DNA of 64,000 nt, taken from the NCBI GenBank assembly GCA_943787795.1, contig CALSNU010000004.1, forward strand, positions 256,001 through 320,000, in the 5' to 3' direction. Under the pieces are notes generated by a model. That model searched no databases. It saw only the letters and a list, made by a program, of their open reading frames with translations, and was not told the origin of the DNA. The first letter of the stretch is position 1; each line of letters opens with the position of its first letter. Below, in pieces: positions 19,675-29,900 of the stretch. The DNA comes from an uncultured bacterium (GTDB taxonomy: Bacteria; Planctomycetota; UBA1135; GCA-002686595). The position numbers and the translations under genes were made by a program.

Positions 19675-20679
19675 CTAGCTTACCGAAGCGCTCGCGCCCC
19701 CGATGGCCCTCCACCCGCGCAACAGCTCCTCAGGGTCGAGCCCCCGCCCGATCAGGACGAGCTGTGACACCTGCGGCCCGTGGCCAGGCTCATCGGTCGC
19801 CTCGAGCCATTGATACACGCCCTGGATGAGCAGCGCCCCGGCGGAGACTCGCAGGACCCCCTTGGCCCGCATGAGCTCCTGGCCCCGGCGCCGTGAGAGG
19901 AACTCCAGCCACATCAGCGCGGCGTCGCGATCGACCTCCTCCTCCGAGCTCAGCGAGACCGAACGGAGCCCGGACGTGTGCACCTGGGGCCCCTCGGCCG
20001 CCTCACCCAGCCGCTGCCACCGCTCCCCCGCGCCTTCCAGCGGACCTCCGCCGAGGAGCCACTCCAGCGGGACCGCGGCGCGCTCCGCGTGGCGGATCGC
20101 TGCGAGCGGGTTGAGCGAGCCCATCAGGTCCATGAGCGCCGGGAGGCGGTCCGCGGCGACCCGGTCCGAGTGATTCAGCACGAGGCGATCCGCGTACGCA
20201 ATCTGAGTCCCCGCCTCCTCGGTCTCCTCCAGCTGGGCCTCGATCTTGGCGGCGTGGAGGAGCGTCACGACACCGTCAAGGTGAACTCGCTCCGCGAGCC
20301 CCTCGTCCAGCAGGAAGGTCTGCACCGCGGGGCCAGGCGAGGCCGCCCCCGAGGCCTCGACCAGGATTCGCTCCGGGCCGCCATCGCTCCGACGGAGCCA
20401 CCGCCCCACGAGCCCTCCTCCTCCTGGCTCGGTGAGCTGGGTCAACGTCTCCCGCAGATCCTCCTGGATCTCGCAGCAGATGCAGCCGTTCGCAAGCTCC
20501 ACGACGGCGCTGCCCTCCGCCTCCCGCCGTACCACGAGGTCCCCGTCCACCCCCAGGGCACCGAACTCATTGACGATGACAGCGCACCTCACGCCATGAC
20601 TCTCCTCGAGGATGCGCTGGACCAGGGTGGTCTTCCCGCTCCCGAGGAACCCAGAGATGAGAGTGACCGGTGTCGTCAT
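19675..20679 (-). CDS. CobW/COG0523 family metallochaperone GTPase
   Basis: SGFLGSGKTT, VNEFG, NGCICC, EASG; C-terminal RAKG and LVLIGR. Confidence 0.9.
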   Translation of the reverse strand: MTTPVTLISGFLGSGKTTLVQRILEESHGVRCAVIVNEFGALGVDGDLVVRREAEGSAVVELANGCICCEIQEDLRETLTQLTEPGGGGLVGRWLRRSDGGPERILVEASGAASPGPAVQTFLLDEGLAERVHLDGVVTLLHAAKIEAQLEETEEAGTQIAYADRLVLNHSDRVAADRLPALMDLMGSLNPLAAIRHAERAAVPLEWLLGGGPLEGAGERWQRLGEAAEGPQVHTSGLRSVSLSSEEEVDRDAALMWLEFLSRRRGQELMRAKGVLRVSAGALLIQGVYQWLEATDEPGHGPQVSQLVLIGRGLDPEELLRGWRAIGGASASVS

Positions 20680-20823
20680 GCGCCCATGACGTGAACCCGA
20701 GAGCCCGCCGTCAACGGTCTCGCCCGGTTTGGGTCCCTGGCCGGCCTCATTCGGCCGCGGGCTCAATCCTCGGATGGCATGCTCTTGTGCCGGCGGTGGC
20801 GCTTCAGCCCGCGACCGGTCCCC

Positions 20824-22107
20824 ATGAGTTCACCTCGACGCCTCCCTCTGCCTCTATGGGCGCTCTTATTGGCGCTCTGGTCCGGGATCGTCGTCAGCCT
20901 GTCGGGCTGTGGCGCGCCCGTCGACGAGACGCCCTCGTCCTCGACCGGCTTCTGGTTCGCGGAGCGAGGTGAGAGGGTCCAGGACGCGCTGGGCTCGCTC
21001 GGCTACGCAGCCGGCTACGAACCCGCGGAAGAGCGCTGGACCGGCCTTCGGGTTCACGCTCCAGAGGCGGCCTTCCTGGAACCACTCCTCTTCTCCTCCG
21101 GGCACGAGCCCGCGGCCTTCGCGCTCCTCCCGGACGGGACCATCGAGCGCCGCTGGTCGCTGGAGCAGTCTCCCAACAGCGACGAGGCGGGTCCCCGCTT
21201 TCAGCACCCCACCCAGCAGGCCTGGCGTCGAATCCAGGAGCTCCCAGGCGGCGACCTCCTGGTGATCCACGAGGGCCTGTGCCTGATGCGGCTCGCGCCC
21301 GACTCCACCATCCGCTGGCGCGCTGTCCCCGGGGCTCATCACGACCTGCTGGTCGAGGAGGACGAGGCCTGGGTCCTCGACCGCACGATCGGCCCGCCCA
21401 CCCCGCGTGAGCGGCGGTGGCTGGGCGACCTCGACACGCTGATCACCCGGGACGGGCTGGTCCGCATCTCCCTGGAGGACGGGAGCATCCTCGAGCGCAC
21501 CTCGATCACCGAGCTGAGGGGTGACGCTCCGTGGGAAGAGGTCTACCGCGAGGCCCTGACCCGGGCGCGGAGGGTAGAGATCGGGGACACCGAGCTCGCC
21601 GGTGAATTGCGAGAGGCCCTCGACCCCCTCCACACCAATGCCCTGGCCAGGCTCGATCCCTCGCGGAGGGTCCCCACCCTCTTCCTCCGAGAGACCGGCA
21701 CGTTCCTTGACCTGGCTGCCGATCTGGGCAGCGTCGACCGGCTGAGGTCGGGGCCGTTCATCGGAGCCCACGACCCGCAGCTCGACCCGGCCGGTGGCGG
21801 CACCTTGCTGTTCGACAACTTCGGTGACCGCTCCGTCGGCTCGCAGATCATCTCGATCAGCCGCGAGGAGCGAACGGCGAAGGTGCTCTTCCAGGGCACG
21901 CCGGAGGCGCCGTTCTTCTCGCCGGTTTGCGGCGCGGTCCTGCCGCTCCCGGGGGATCGACTGCTCATCGTGGAGAGCACGGCAGGCCGAGCCATCCAGA
22001 TCGATCGGGACGGCAAGCTCCTGTGGGAGTTCCGCACCCCGTTCAGGATCCCCCAGGAGGATCTCGTCGCGGTGCTTCTCGATATGAGACCGGCCCAGAC
22101 CCCCTGA
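20824..22107 (+). CDS. Arylsulfotransferase-family lipoprotein
   Basis: Lipobox LSGC; AHHD, DPLHTN, AHDPQ, LFDN, LLWEF motifs. Confidence 0.7.
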   Translation: MSSPRRLPLPLWALLLALWSGIVVSLSGCGAPVDETPSSSTGFWFAERGERVQDALGSLGYAAGYEPAEERWTGLRVHAPEAAFLEPLLFSSGHEPAAFALLPDGTIERRWSLEQSPNSDEAGPRFQHPTQQAWRRIQELPGGDLLVIHEGLCLMRLAPDSTIRWRAVPGAHHDLLVEEDEAWVLDRTIGPPTPRERRWLGDLDTLITRDGLVRISLEDGSILERTSITELRGDAPWEEVYREALTRARRVEIGDTELAGELREALDPLHTNALARLDPSRRVPTLFLRETGTFLDLAADLGSVDRLRSGPFIGAHDPQLDPAGGGTLLFDNFGDRSVGSQIISISREERTAKVLFQGTPEAPFFSPVCGAVLPLPGDRLLIVESTAGRAIQIDRDGKLLWEFRTPFRIPQEDLVAVLLDMRPAQTP

Positions 22108-22208
22108 GCCGCGCTTCCAACGGTGGGCTCAACCGAGACCGCCTTCGAGGACGAACAGTCCGGACAGAGGGCGAAGCCTGCCGGGCGCCTCTCCCAACTC
22201 CTCGTCCC

Positions 22209-23000
22209 ATGCGGTTCAACCTCTTTCGATTCTTGCGACTCAATCGGGACGCAGATCCCGACTCGGCCCTGACGTCACCGGACAGCGAGGCGGAACAACA
22301 GAACCCTGTCGCGCGAGAGCTGGTCCTCCGCGCCACAATCGACGGCGCCCCGGTCGACGGGCTGGAGCTGTTCGACATGAACATCCGCGGCGCGCGGGTC
22401 CTCGTCCCCTTTCAGTTCGCGCCCACCGAGATCGCGGATCAAGCCGTCGCCCTCGACGTCGAGCACGAGACGGGAAACTGGACGATCCGGGTCCATGCTC
22501 GGATGATCCAGCTCAATCACTGGGGCGACGACAGGGTCATGCTCGAGCTCGAGTTCACCCGTGTTGGTGAACTGTACGCGCAGCTCGACAACGCCCTCGG
22601 CCGCTACTTCAATCGACGGGATTCCGATCGAGTCGCGCCTGCCGAGCATGAGCGCGTTGGAGTTCGAATCGCCTACGGGCCTCACCGCGTCCGGGGCCTG
22701 GCGAGCGACCTCTCCTCGACCGGCCTGTGCGCCAGGGCGCCCCTGGTGCAGGCTGCGGTCTTCCAGCTGGGCGAACACGTCAAGGCCTTCATCAGCCTCC
22801 CCGGTAGGGACGAGGAGATCGAGGTGGCTGGAGTGGTCAAGCACGGGTACCGGAAGAGTGAGGACGTCTTCCTGGGCATCGAGTTTGACCTGAGCGCTCC
22901 CTGCGCGATGACCTCGCGCCGGACGGAGTACCTCAAGTACATCGAACAGCGGCGCAAGGCGAGCAGGGTCCAGGGCAAGTCACGCCGCCTTGGAGCCTGA
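22209..23000 (+). CDS. Tandem PilZ-domain protein
   Basis: Second domain has RRDSDR (RxxxR) and DLSSTG (DxSxxG); first domain degenerate (DMNIRG). Confidence 0.7.
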   Translation: MRFNLFRFLRLNRDADPDSALTSPDSEAEQQNPVARELVLRATIDGAPVDGLELFDMNIRGARVLVPFQFAPTEIADQAVALDVEHETGNWTIRVHARMIQLNHWGDDRVMLELEFTRVGELYAQLDNALGRYFNRRDSDRVAPAEHERVGVRIAYGPHRVRGLASDLSSTGLCARAPLVQAAVFQLGEHVKAFISLPGRDEEIEVAGVVKHGYRKSEDVFLGIEFDLSAPCAMTSRRTEYLKYIEQRRKASRVQGKSRRLGA

Positions 23001-23087
23001 CCCGGCCCTGATGCTCTCCATGCGCTCCGCCGACCGTCCTTGAGGCGAAGCGTGGACTGGGGCAGCCGCCGCCCCCATAGTGTCCCC

Positions 23088-23915
23088 ATGAGCGCCGAAG
23101 AGAAGGAGAGGCCGGGGGCCAAGGCGCTCTACGAGACGATCTTCGAGCACGAGACCCGCCCGGGCTTCGTCTTCGACGTGGTGCTGCTGGTCGTGATCCT
23201 CGCCAGCATCGGGCTGGTGATGATCGAGAGCGTGCCTCGCTACTCCGAGTCCCACGGGAGCCTGCTCCGGACCCTTGAGTGGACCCTCACCATTGCGTTC
23301 ACGGTGGAGTACCTGGTCCGCCTCTATTGCCATCCCCGACCAGCCGTCTACGCGCGGAGCTTCTTCGGGGTCGTCGATCTCCTCGCGATCCTCCCGACCT
23401 ACGTGGCCGCTTTCGTGCCTGGCACCCAGGCGCTCGTGGTCGTTCGAACGCTGCGGCTCCTGCGGATCTTCCGGGTCCTGAAGCTCGCCCAGTTCGTCCA
23501 TCAGGCCGACGATCTCCGCGCGGCCCTCCGGGCGAGCCTGCCGAAGATCACAGTCTTCGTCATCGCTGTCCTCTCGATGACGACGATCTCGGGCTCGCTT
23601 CTCTACCTGATCGAGGGCCCCGAGAACGGATTCGGGAACATCCCAGAGTCGGTCTACTGGGCCATCGTCACCTTGACGACCGTGGGCTACGGAGACATCG
23701 CGCCGGAGACGCCCCTGGGGAAGTTCTTCGCCTCCATCATCATGGTCCTTGGCTACGGCGTGATCGCGGTGCCAACCGGCATCGTCAGCGCCGAGATCGC
23801 GAGGACACCGCGGCGCGGTCCAGTCGGCGGGCAGGCGTGCTCGGAGTGCGGCTCGGAGCAGCACACCCTCGGGGCTCGGTTCTGCTGCGAGTGCGGCTCG
23901 AGCCTTGAAGAGTAA
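23088..23915 (+). CDS. Voltage-gated-type potassium channel (ion transporter)
   Basis: TLTTVGYGD selectivity filter; S4-like RTLRLLRIFRVLK; C-terminal CxxC...CxxC. Confidence 0.92.
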   Translation: MSAEEKERPGAKALYETIFEHETRPGFVFDVVLLVVILASIGLVMIESVPRYSESHGSLLRTLEWTLTIAFTVEYLVRLYCHPRPAVYARSFFGVVDLLAILPTYVAAFVPGTQALVVVRTLRLLRIFRVLKLAQFVHQADDLRAALRASLPKITVFVIAVLSMTTISGSLLYLIEGPENGFGNIPESVYWAIVTLTTVGYGDIAPETPLGKFFASIIMVLGYGVIAVPTGIVSAEIARTPRRGPVGGQACSECGSEQHTLGARFCCECGSSLEE

Positions 23916-24002
23916 AGGGCCCTTGGGGCTCGGGGGTCGCTGAGGGCCGGGGGGCCTCAAGGGCGAGCCAGCCTTGGCGAGCTCAAGAGCTCGAGCTCCC
24001 GG

Positions 24003-24611
24003 TCAGCCCAACCACGCCAGCAGCGCGGCCTGGGCCAGTCCGATCAGCGCGCCGAGCACACCGCCGAGGACCTCGATGGACCGCAGCTCCCTCGCGGCGA
24101 CCTCGATGATGAGCGCCTCGAGTCGGGCGATGGGAAACGAGGCCACCTTCTCCTCCACGATGCGGTGGACATCGAGCCCCTCGTCCAACGCCTCCTGAAA
24201 CCCCTCGACGAGGACCGCCCGCTGCTCCATCACGCCCTTCACCGCCTGGGCGCGCAGGTCCCCGACACGCTCCTCGGTGAGCAGCGCGCCCACCAGAGGC
24301 ATGCGCCGGAACTCGGCGAGCTTGGGCTCGAGACCAGCCGCGAACGCCTGCTCCACCATCGGCTCAAGGTCGATGGACTCGAGCACCCCCTCGAGATCCT
24401 CCGGCTGGAGAAGGTGGTCCCCCACCACGTTCCCGATGCTCCGGGCCAGCTCCGGCTGCCGCCGTCCCACGAGCCCCTGGAACGTGAGGCCGAGGAATCT
24501 CCGCGGCTCGATCGGCCGGAAGATCATGCCGACCGCGAGGCGGTTGGTGCCGTATCCAATCAACGCTCCCACCAGGGGCAGGAGGAACCAGGGTAGGAGT
24601 CCTTCGGGCAT
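24003..24611 (-). CDS. DUF445 family membrane protein
   Basis: GALIGYGTNRLAVGMIFRP at the N-terminus; ELRSIEVLGGVLGALIG at the C-terminus. Confidence 0.85.
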   Translation of the reverse strand: MPEGLLPWFLLPLVGALIGYGTNRLAVGMIFRPIEPRRFLGLTFQGLVGRRQPELARSIGNVVGDHLLQPEDLEGVLESIDLEPMVEQAFAAGLEPKLAEFRRMPLVGALLTEERVGDLRAQAVKGVMEQRAVLVEGFQEALDEGLDVHRIVEEKVASFPIARLEALIIEVAARELRSIEVLGGVLGALIGLAQAALLAWLG

Positions 24612-24659
24612 GGCGCCCAGACTACTTGGACGGGGCCGCCTCAGTGATAGGATCCCTTC

Positions 24660-25433
24660 ATGGAGCCTCCCGACCCCGTCGCCTTCGTGTTCGGCGCCAC
24701 CGGCTATGTGGGCCAGGCGGTCGTGGAGGTCGCTGCGCGAACCGCGGACGTCGCCCGCGTCATTGCCCACGCTCGGCCGGACTCCCCACGCGCGGACGAA
24801 CTGACGGCGCTGGCGAGCGACCGGATCATGGTCGACCGCACCCCGCTCGAGGTCGGCTCGCTCAGCGCGACGCTGACGGCCTCCAACCCCAGCCACGTCT
24901 TCCTGTGCCACGGGACGACCGCTCACAGGGCGCGACAAGAGGGGATTCCAGCGCCCTACGAGGCCGTCGATCTCGGCCTGACGCAGCTCATCCTGGAAGC
25001 TGTTGACGCGATGGCAACGCCACCCCGGATCGTCTATCTCTCCGCGATCGGAGCCTCGCCTCGCGCTCGCGGCGCCTACCTGAGCGCCCGCTGGCGAGCC
25101 GAGGAGGCGGTGCGGGCGAGCGGGCTGCCGTTCACCATCTGCAGGGCCCCGCTCCTGGGCGGCCCGGACCGGACGGAGTCGAGACCCCTCGAGACGGTGG
25201 CGCGAACTGTCGCAGATCCGCTCCTCGCTGCCCTCGGCGCCGTTGGCCTCACGCGCCTCCGGGACCGGCTCTCCTCGATGGACGCCACCGAGGCCGCCGA
25301 GGGCATGGTCCGCAGCGCGTTCCACTACATGACCATCAATCGCGTGGTCGAGAGTGACGAACTCCGCCGGGTTGGGGTCTATGAGAGGGAGCGGTGGGCG
25401 CCCGAGTCTCGCCGCGATACCCCACGGCACTGA
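24660..25433 (+). CDS. NAD(P)H-binding SDR-like/epimerase family protein
   Basis: FGATGYVG Rossmann motif; YLSAIGA, YL...W.AEE. Confidence 0.8.
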   Translation: MEPPDPVAFVFGATGYVGQAVVEVAARTADVARVIAHARPDSPRADELTALASDRIMVDRTPLEVGSLSATLTASNPSHVFLCHGTTAHRARQEGIPAPYEAVDLGLTQLILEAVDAMATPPRIVYLSAIGASPRARGAYLSARWRAEEAVRASGLPFTICRAPLLGGPDRTESRPLETVARTVADPLLAALGAVGLTRLRDRLSSMDATEAAEGMVRSAFHYMTINRVVESDELRRVGVYERERWAPESRRDTPRH

Positions 25434-25480
25434 ATCCCACGGTGCTGGGCCCAACGGCCCTGAGCCGCCCTCCCCTCTCC

Positions 25481-26665
25481 ATGTCCCGCTTTCACCCGAC
25501 CCGCCCGCAAGTAGAGCCGGAGAGAGGCGCCCATACCCTGGACGTGGTCGAGGGCACCGTCGTCGGGGTGCACGGAACGGACGTGTTCGTCGAGCTCGGC
25601 CCGAGGAAGCAAGGGGTGATCTCCCTGGCGTCATTCGATGACCCGCCCAGGGTCGGGGAGGTCCATCAGTTCACCCTCCGCGGTCGCGAGGACGAGCTCT
25701 GGATGCTCAATCTCCACAACCAGCGGACCCTCTCGGAGTGGGAGGAGCTGGAGCCCGGGAGCCTCACCACGGCGAGGGTGCTCACCAAGACCCACGACGG
25801 CTTCCAGCTGAAGATCGGTCCGGTCTACGCCTACATGCCCTACTCGCTCTCCGGCGTGCGCAAGCCCCGGGACCGCGGTGCACTCCTGGGTCGCTCCATC
25901 GTCGTCGAGGTCCTCGAGGTGGACGCCGACAAGCAGCGTGCGATCGTGTCACGCAAGGCGGTCCTCAAGCTCCAGAAGGCCGGCGCCGCCCCGGGCGCCG
26001 TGGTCCCAGGACAGACCGTCCAGGGGCGGGTGACCCGGATCGAACCGTATGGGGTCTTCGTCCGCCTCGGGCGAGGGCGAGAGGGCCTGTGCCATATCAC
26101 CAACTTGTCCGCGGACAGGGTCGAGCACCCCGGGGATGTGGTCCGCATTGGCGAGGTCGTGGATGCCCGGGTCCTCTACGTCCGAGCCGGAGGGAGACGC
26201 ATCGGGCTCGGCTTCAAGCAGCTCCTCGAGAGCCCATGGGTTCGACTGGAACGGGAGCACTGGGAAGGGCAGATCGTCTCCGTGGGGATCGTACGGGTGG
26301 GGCGATTCGGCGCCGTCGCCAGGTTGTTCGCCGGCGCAGAGGGCATCCTGCCCATGTCGGAGTGCGGCGATCGTTGCCCCCCAGCAGGCCTCTCCATTGG
26401 AGACCAGCTCTCGGCCCGGGTCCTCGAGATCGACCCTGAAGAACAGCGCCTTGCATTCTCCCTCCTGCACGCCAATGGCCAGCCGATCGCTCCGGATGAA
26501 GCCGAGTGCATCGCCGACTTCGGCACCATCCGGAGCCTGCCGGCGCTGAAGGACCTCCTGCCGGAGGCCGGCGCCGCCAGCGAGCATGGCGGAGGCGCCT
26601 CGACGAACCTCGGCTCCGTGCTACGCAGGGCGCTCGACGGCAAGTCCGACGGGCACCGGGGCTAG
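25481..26665 (+). CDS. S1 RNA-binding domain protein (RpsA-like paralog, ~4 S1 domains)
   Basis: Repeated S1 signatures, e.g. GQTVQGRVTRIEPYGVFV...EGLCHI, RIGLGFKQLLESPW. Confidence 0.8.
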   Translation: MSRFHPTRPQVEPERGAHTLDVVEGTVVGVHGTDVFVELGPRKQGVISLASFDDPPRVGEVHQFTLRGREDELWMLNLHNQRTLSEWEELEPGSLTTARVLTKTHDGFQLKIGPVYAYMPYSLSGVRKPRDRGALLGRSIVVEVLEVDADKQRAIVSRKAVLKLQKAGAAPGAVVPGQTVQGRVTRIEPYGVFVRLGRGREGLCHITNLSADRVEHPGDVVRIGEVVDARVLYVRAGGRRIGLGFKQLLESPWVRLEREHWEGQIVSVGIVRVGRFGAVARLFAGAEGILPMSECGDRCPPAGLSIGDQLSARVLEIDPEEQRLAFSLLHANGQPIAPDEAECIADFGTIRSLPALKDLLPEAGAASEHGGGASTNLGSVLRRALDGKSDGHRG

Positions 26666-26942
26666 CCAGGCGCTGCACCTGCGCGTATTCCCGTAAGGCG
26701 CGGGCTAAACACGCGCCTGGAATCGGCCCCCGCAGCCCCTGGGAGAGCCTGGCGCCCACCTAGGAAATTGTTTCCGAGCCGCGGCGGCCCCGAGTCCCGC
26801 TGTTAGGCCCACATCGGATCGGTTCCTGCCCGACCTCGTCCCGATCACGGACGCGAGGCTCACGGGCCACAGTGTGAGGAACACGGATGCCGATGACGGA
26901 CTGGCCGCGGGGTTCCGCGGCATCCGGCAACACCACGCCTCC

Positions 26943-29900
26943 ATGCTGCCAATGAAACGCCGCCTCCTTCGAAACGCACCTGCACCCGCCGCCTCCAGGA
27001 GAGGCACCGCACTCTTTGCCGTCATCCCCATCGCGATCCTGATGATGTCCGTGATGGTGGCCTTCGTGGGCACCGCCGTCGAGACGAGCAAGAGCAGCAT
27101 CACCGATCTCGATACGTTCCGGGCTCGTGCAGCGGCCAAGAACACCGCCACGCTCGCGATTGCGGAGCTCTGGGCGGACTTCAACAAGTCGAGCGGCGAG
27201 GCCTCGGGGGTCGCCAGCTTCAAGACGTTCCTCGATCAACAAGGCATGGTCACGCCAGAGCTGTCTAGCTCAGAGCCGATCAAGCGGGACTTCAAGGAGA
27301 CGCTCGGACTGAAGAAGGACAAAGAGGGCTCTGAGGCGCTGCAGAACGTCACCATCGACCGCGCCGAGATGTTCCGGGTGGACACGGCCGAGGCCACGAG
27401 CATCGTGGTCGAGGTCGATGCGACAGCCAACCGCCGCCCGGGAGACAAGACCTCCAAGGAGCGCCACGGTTCCATACGCGAGACCTTCACCATCTCGAGC
27501 CCGTCTTCAGGCGGCGTCGACTTTGGCATTCTCGCGGAGGAGGCGTCCTGCCTCTTCTGCCACACGACCATCGACAGCGCAGAGCGCGTCTACAACTCCG
27601 ACAGCAGGCTCACAGGTAGCTTCGCCCCAGTCAAGGCGGGCTTCCTCGGCAACCTCGGACTCCGGACTGACGCCGCGAGCGAAGTCGCGGGGATGATCTT
27701 GTCGCGCGGATCCGTCCACGACGTCGCCGGTGGCGCGATCTCCGACTGGAGCGCTTACGACGTCGAGGCCCTCAGCGCCGGCGCGAACGGCGAGCTCGAG
27801 GTGATCCACGAGAACGCTCTCGGCGACCCGACCCTCGGGTCTCTTCGCCCGTTCAGCGAGGGAGTCTCCGACGCCAACCTCTACGCCGAGATCACGCCGG
27901 GGATGGCCAACGCACCGGAGATGCCCGAGGAAATCCCGGCGGTGATCGCCGATGACGGCGGGTTTGACTATGCCACGGGCGAAGCACGCCCGGAGTTTGG
28001 CGGTAACCGGCTGGTCGACGATACCGAGTTCGCCGTCAAGGCGGCCACCGCCAACGGGTCCCTCTCGGGAGGGAAGATCTCGGTCATCGGACAGGGCAGC
28101 ACGATCGCCACGCCGGCCGAGCAGGCTGCGATGCGAGCAGGGCTTGAGACCTCTCTCAGTGCCTCCACCGCCGGGCATGTCTATCTCCGAGGCACCGAGC
28201 AGGACCCGATCCTCCTGGACGGCTCCATCGCTATCGACGGAGACGTGATCATCAGCGGTGTCGTCAAGGGGACCGGCAACGTGACGGCGCGAGGCAACGT
28301 CTTCATCGCCTCCGACCTGACCTATGCCGACCAGCAGAGCGGCACCTCCCGATCATTCGGTCGCGCAGCCGATGGAACGGAGAACCTGCTGACGCTCGCT
28401 GCCGGGGGCAACATCGTCGTCGGCGATTACTTCCGATCCAACGATTCGACCGAGGACCAGCCCGGGATCTCTGGGGACTCCACAGGGGACTTCAATGCCA
28501 CCCTGCAGGAGATCTCGATCTTCAACCGCTCCGAGTGGTCGAAGACGCAGCCTCAGGTTCCTGGGCCGGCCTCCGAGTGGACCCAGATCGGCACCGAATC
28601 GGTGGAGTACCCCGAGGTGATCACCGAGACCTACTACGAGTGGGTCACGGACGACCAGTCCAGCGCCGAGATCCCGACCGATCAGCTGAACCGTACCGCC
28701 GATCCGCTTCAGACCCCCTTCGTGAAGGAAGCTCAGGCGGCATCGTTCACCACGAGCGCCAACTCGCCCCCGGGAGTCACGAAGAAGAAGAAGAAGAAGA
28801 AGTCGGCCAAGAGCAAGAAGTCCGGCAAGAGCAAGAAGTCCGGCAAGAGCAAGAAGTCCGACAAGAGCAAGAAGAGCAAGAAGTCAGGCAAGAGCAAGAA
28901 GTCCGCCAAGAGCAAAAAGTCCGGCAAGTCGAATAAGAGCGCCAAGGCTGCTGCTGAGAAGGCTGCCGCTGAGAAGGCTGCCGCTGAGAAGGCCGCCGCT
29001 GAGAAGGCTGCTGCTGAGAAAGCTGCTGCTGAGAAGGCCGCCGCTGAGAAGGCTGCTGCTGAGAAGGCCGCCGCTGAGAAGGCTGCTGCTGAGAAGGCTG
29101 CCGCTGAGAAGGCTGCTGCTGAGAAGGCTGCTGCTGAGAAGGCTGCTGCTGAGAAGGCTGCCGCTGAGAAGGCTGCCGCTGAGAAGGCTGCCGCTGAGAA
29201 GGCTGCGGCTGAGAAGGCCGCCGCTGAGAAGGCTGCCGCTGAGAAAGCTGCTGCTGAGAAGGCTGCTGCTGAGAGGGCTGCCGCTGAGAAAGCTGCGGCT
29301 GAGCGCGCTGCTGCTGAGCAACTTGCTGCCGAGAGGGCCGCTGCTGAGAAGGTCGCCTTCGAGAGAGCCCTGGAAGAAAAGGCGGCTGCAGCCAAGAAGT
29401 CTTCCAAGAGCGACAAGTCCGACAAGTCCGACAAGTCCGACAAGAGCAAGAAGAGCAAGAAGAGCAAGAAGAGCAAGAAGAGCGAAAAGTCCGAGAAGAG
29501 CGAAAAGTCCGAGAAGAGCGAAAAGTCCGAGAAGAGCAAGAAGAGCGGCAAGTCCGACAAGAGCGACAAGTCCGACAAGTCCGACAAGTCCGACAAGGTG
29601 ACGGGTCGCTGGGTCCAGCGAACTCGTGAAATCACGACGGGCCGAATGCTGACCCGAGAAGAGCCGGTCTTCGGATGGAGCAACCTCATCTCGAACCCTC
29701 GCTACGACGCGGCTTATCGGCCTCGCTACTACAACGTGGGCGACAGCCAGGCGATCCCGATCCACAACAAGGGAGGGCACTTCGACCCGGCTTCTGGTGC
29801 ATGGGTCGGCCTTCCTCCCAGCACCAACAGCTGGGACACGGATCTACTCACGATCGCAGATCCTTCCGATCCCACGGACACGATCCTGTTCGACTCCGAT

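Noticed and set aside
28733..29780. Minus-strand (FSAAA)n and (LLSSS)n ORFs
   Set aside because: Reverse-complement readings of the AAAEK repeat
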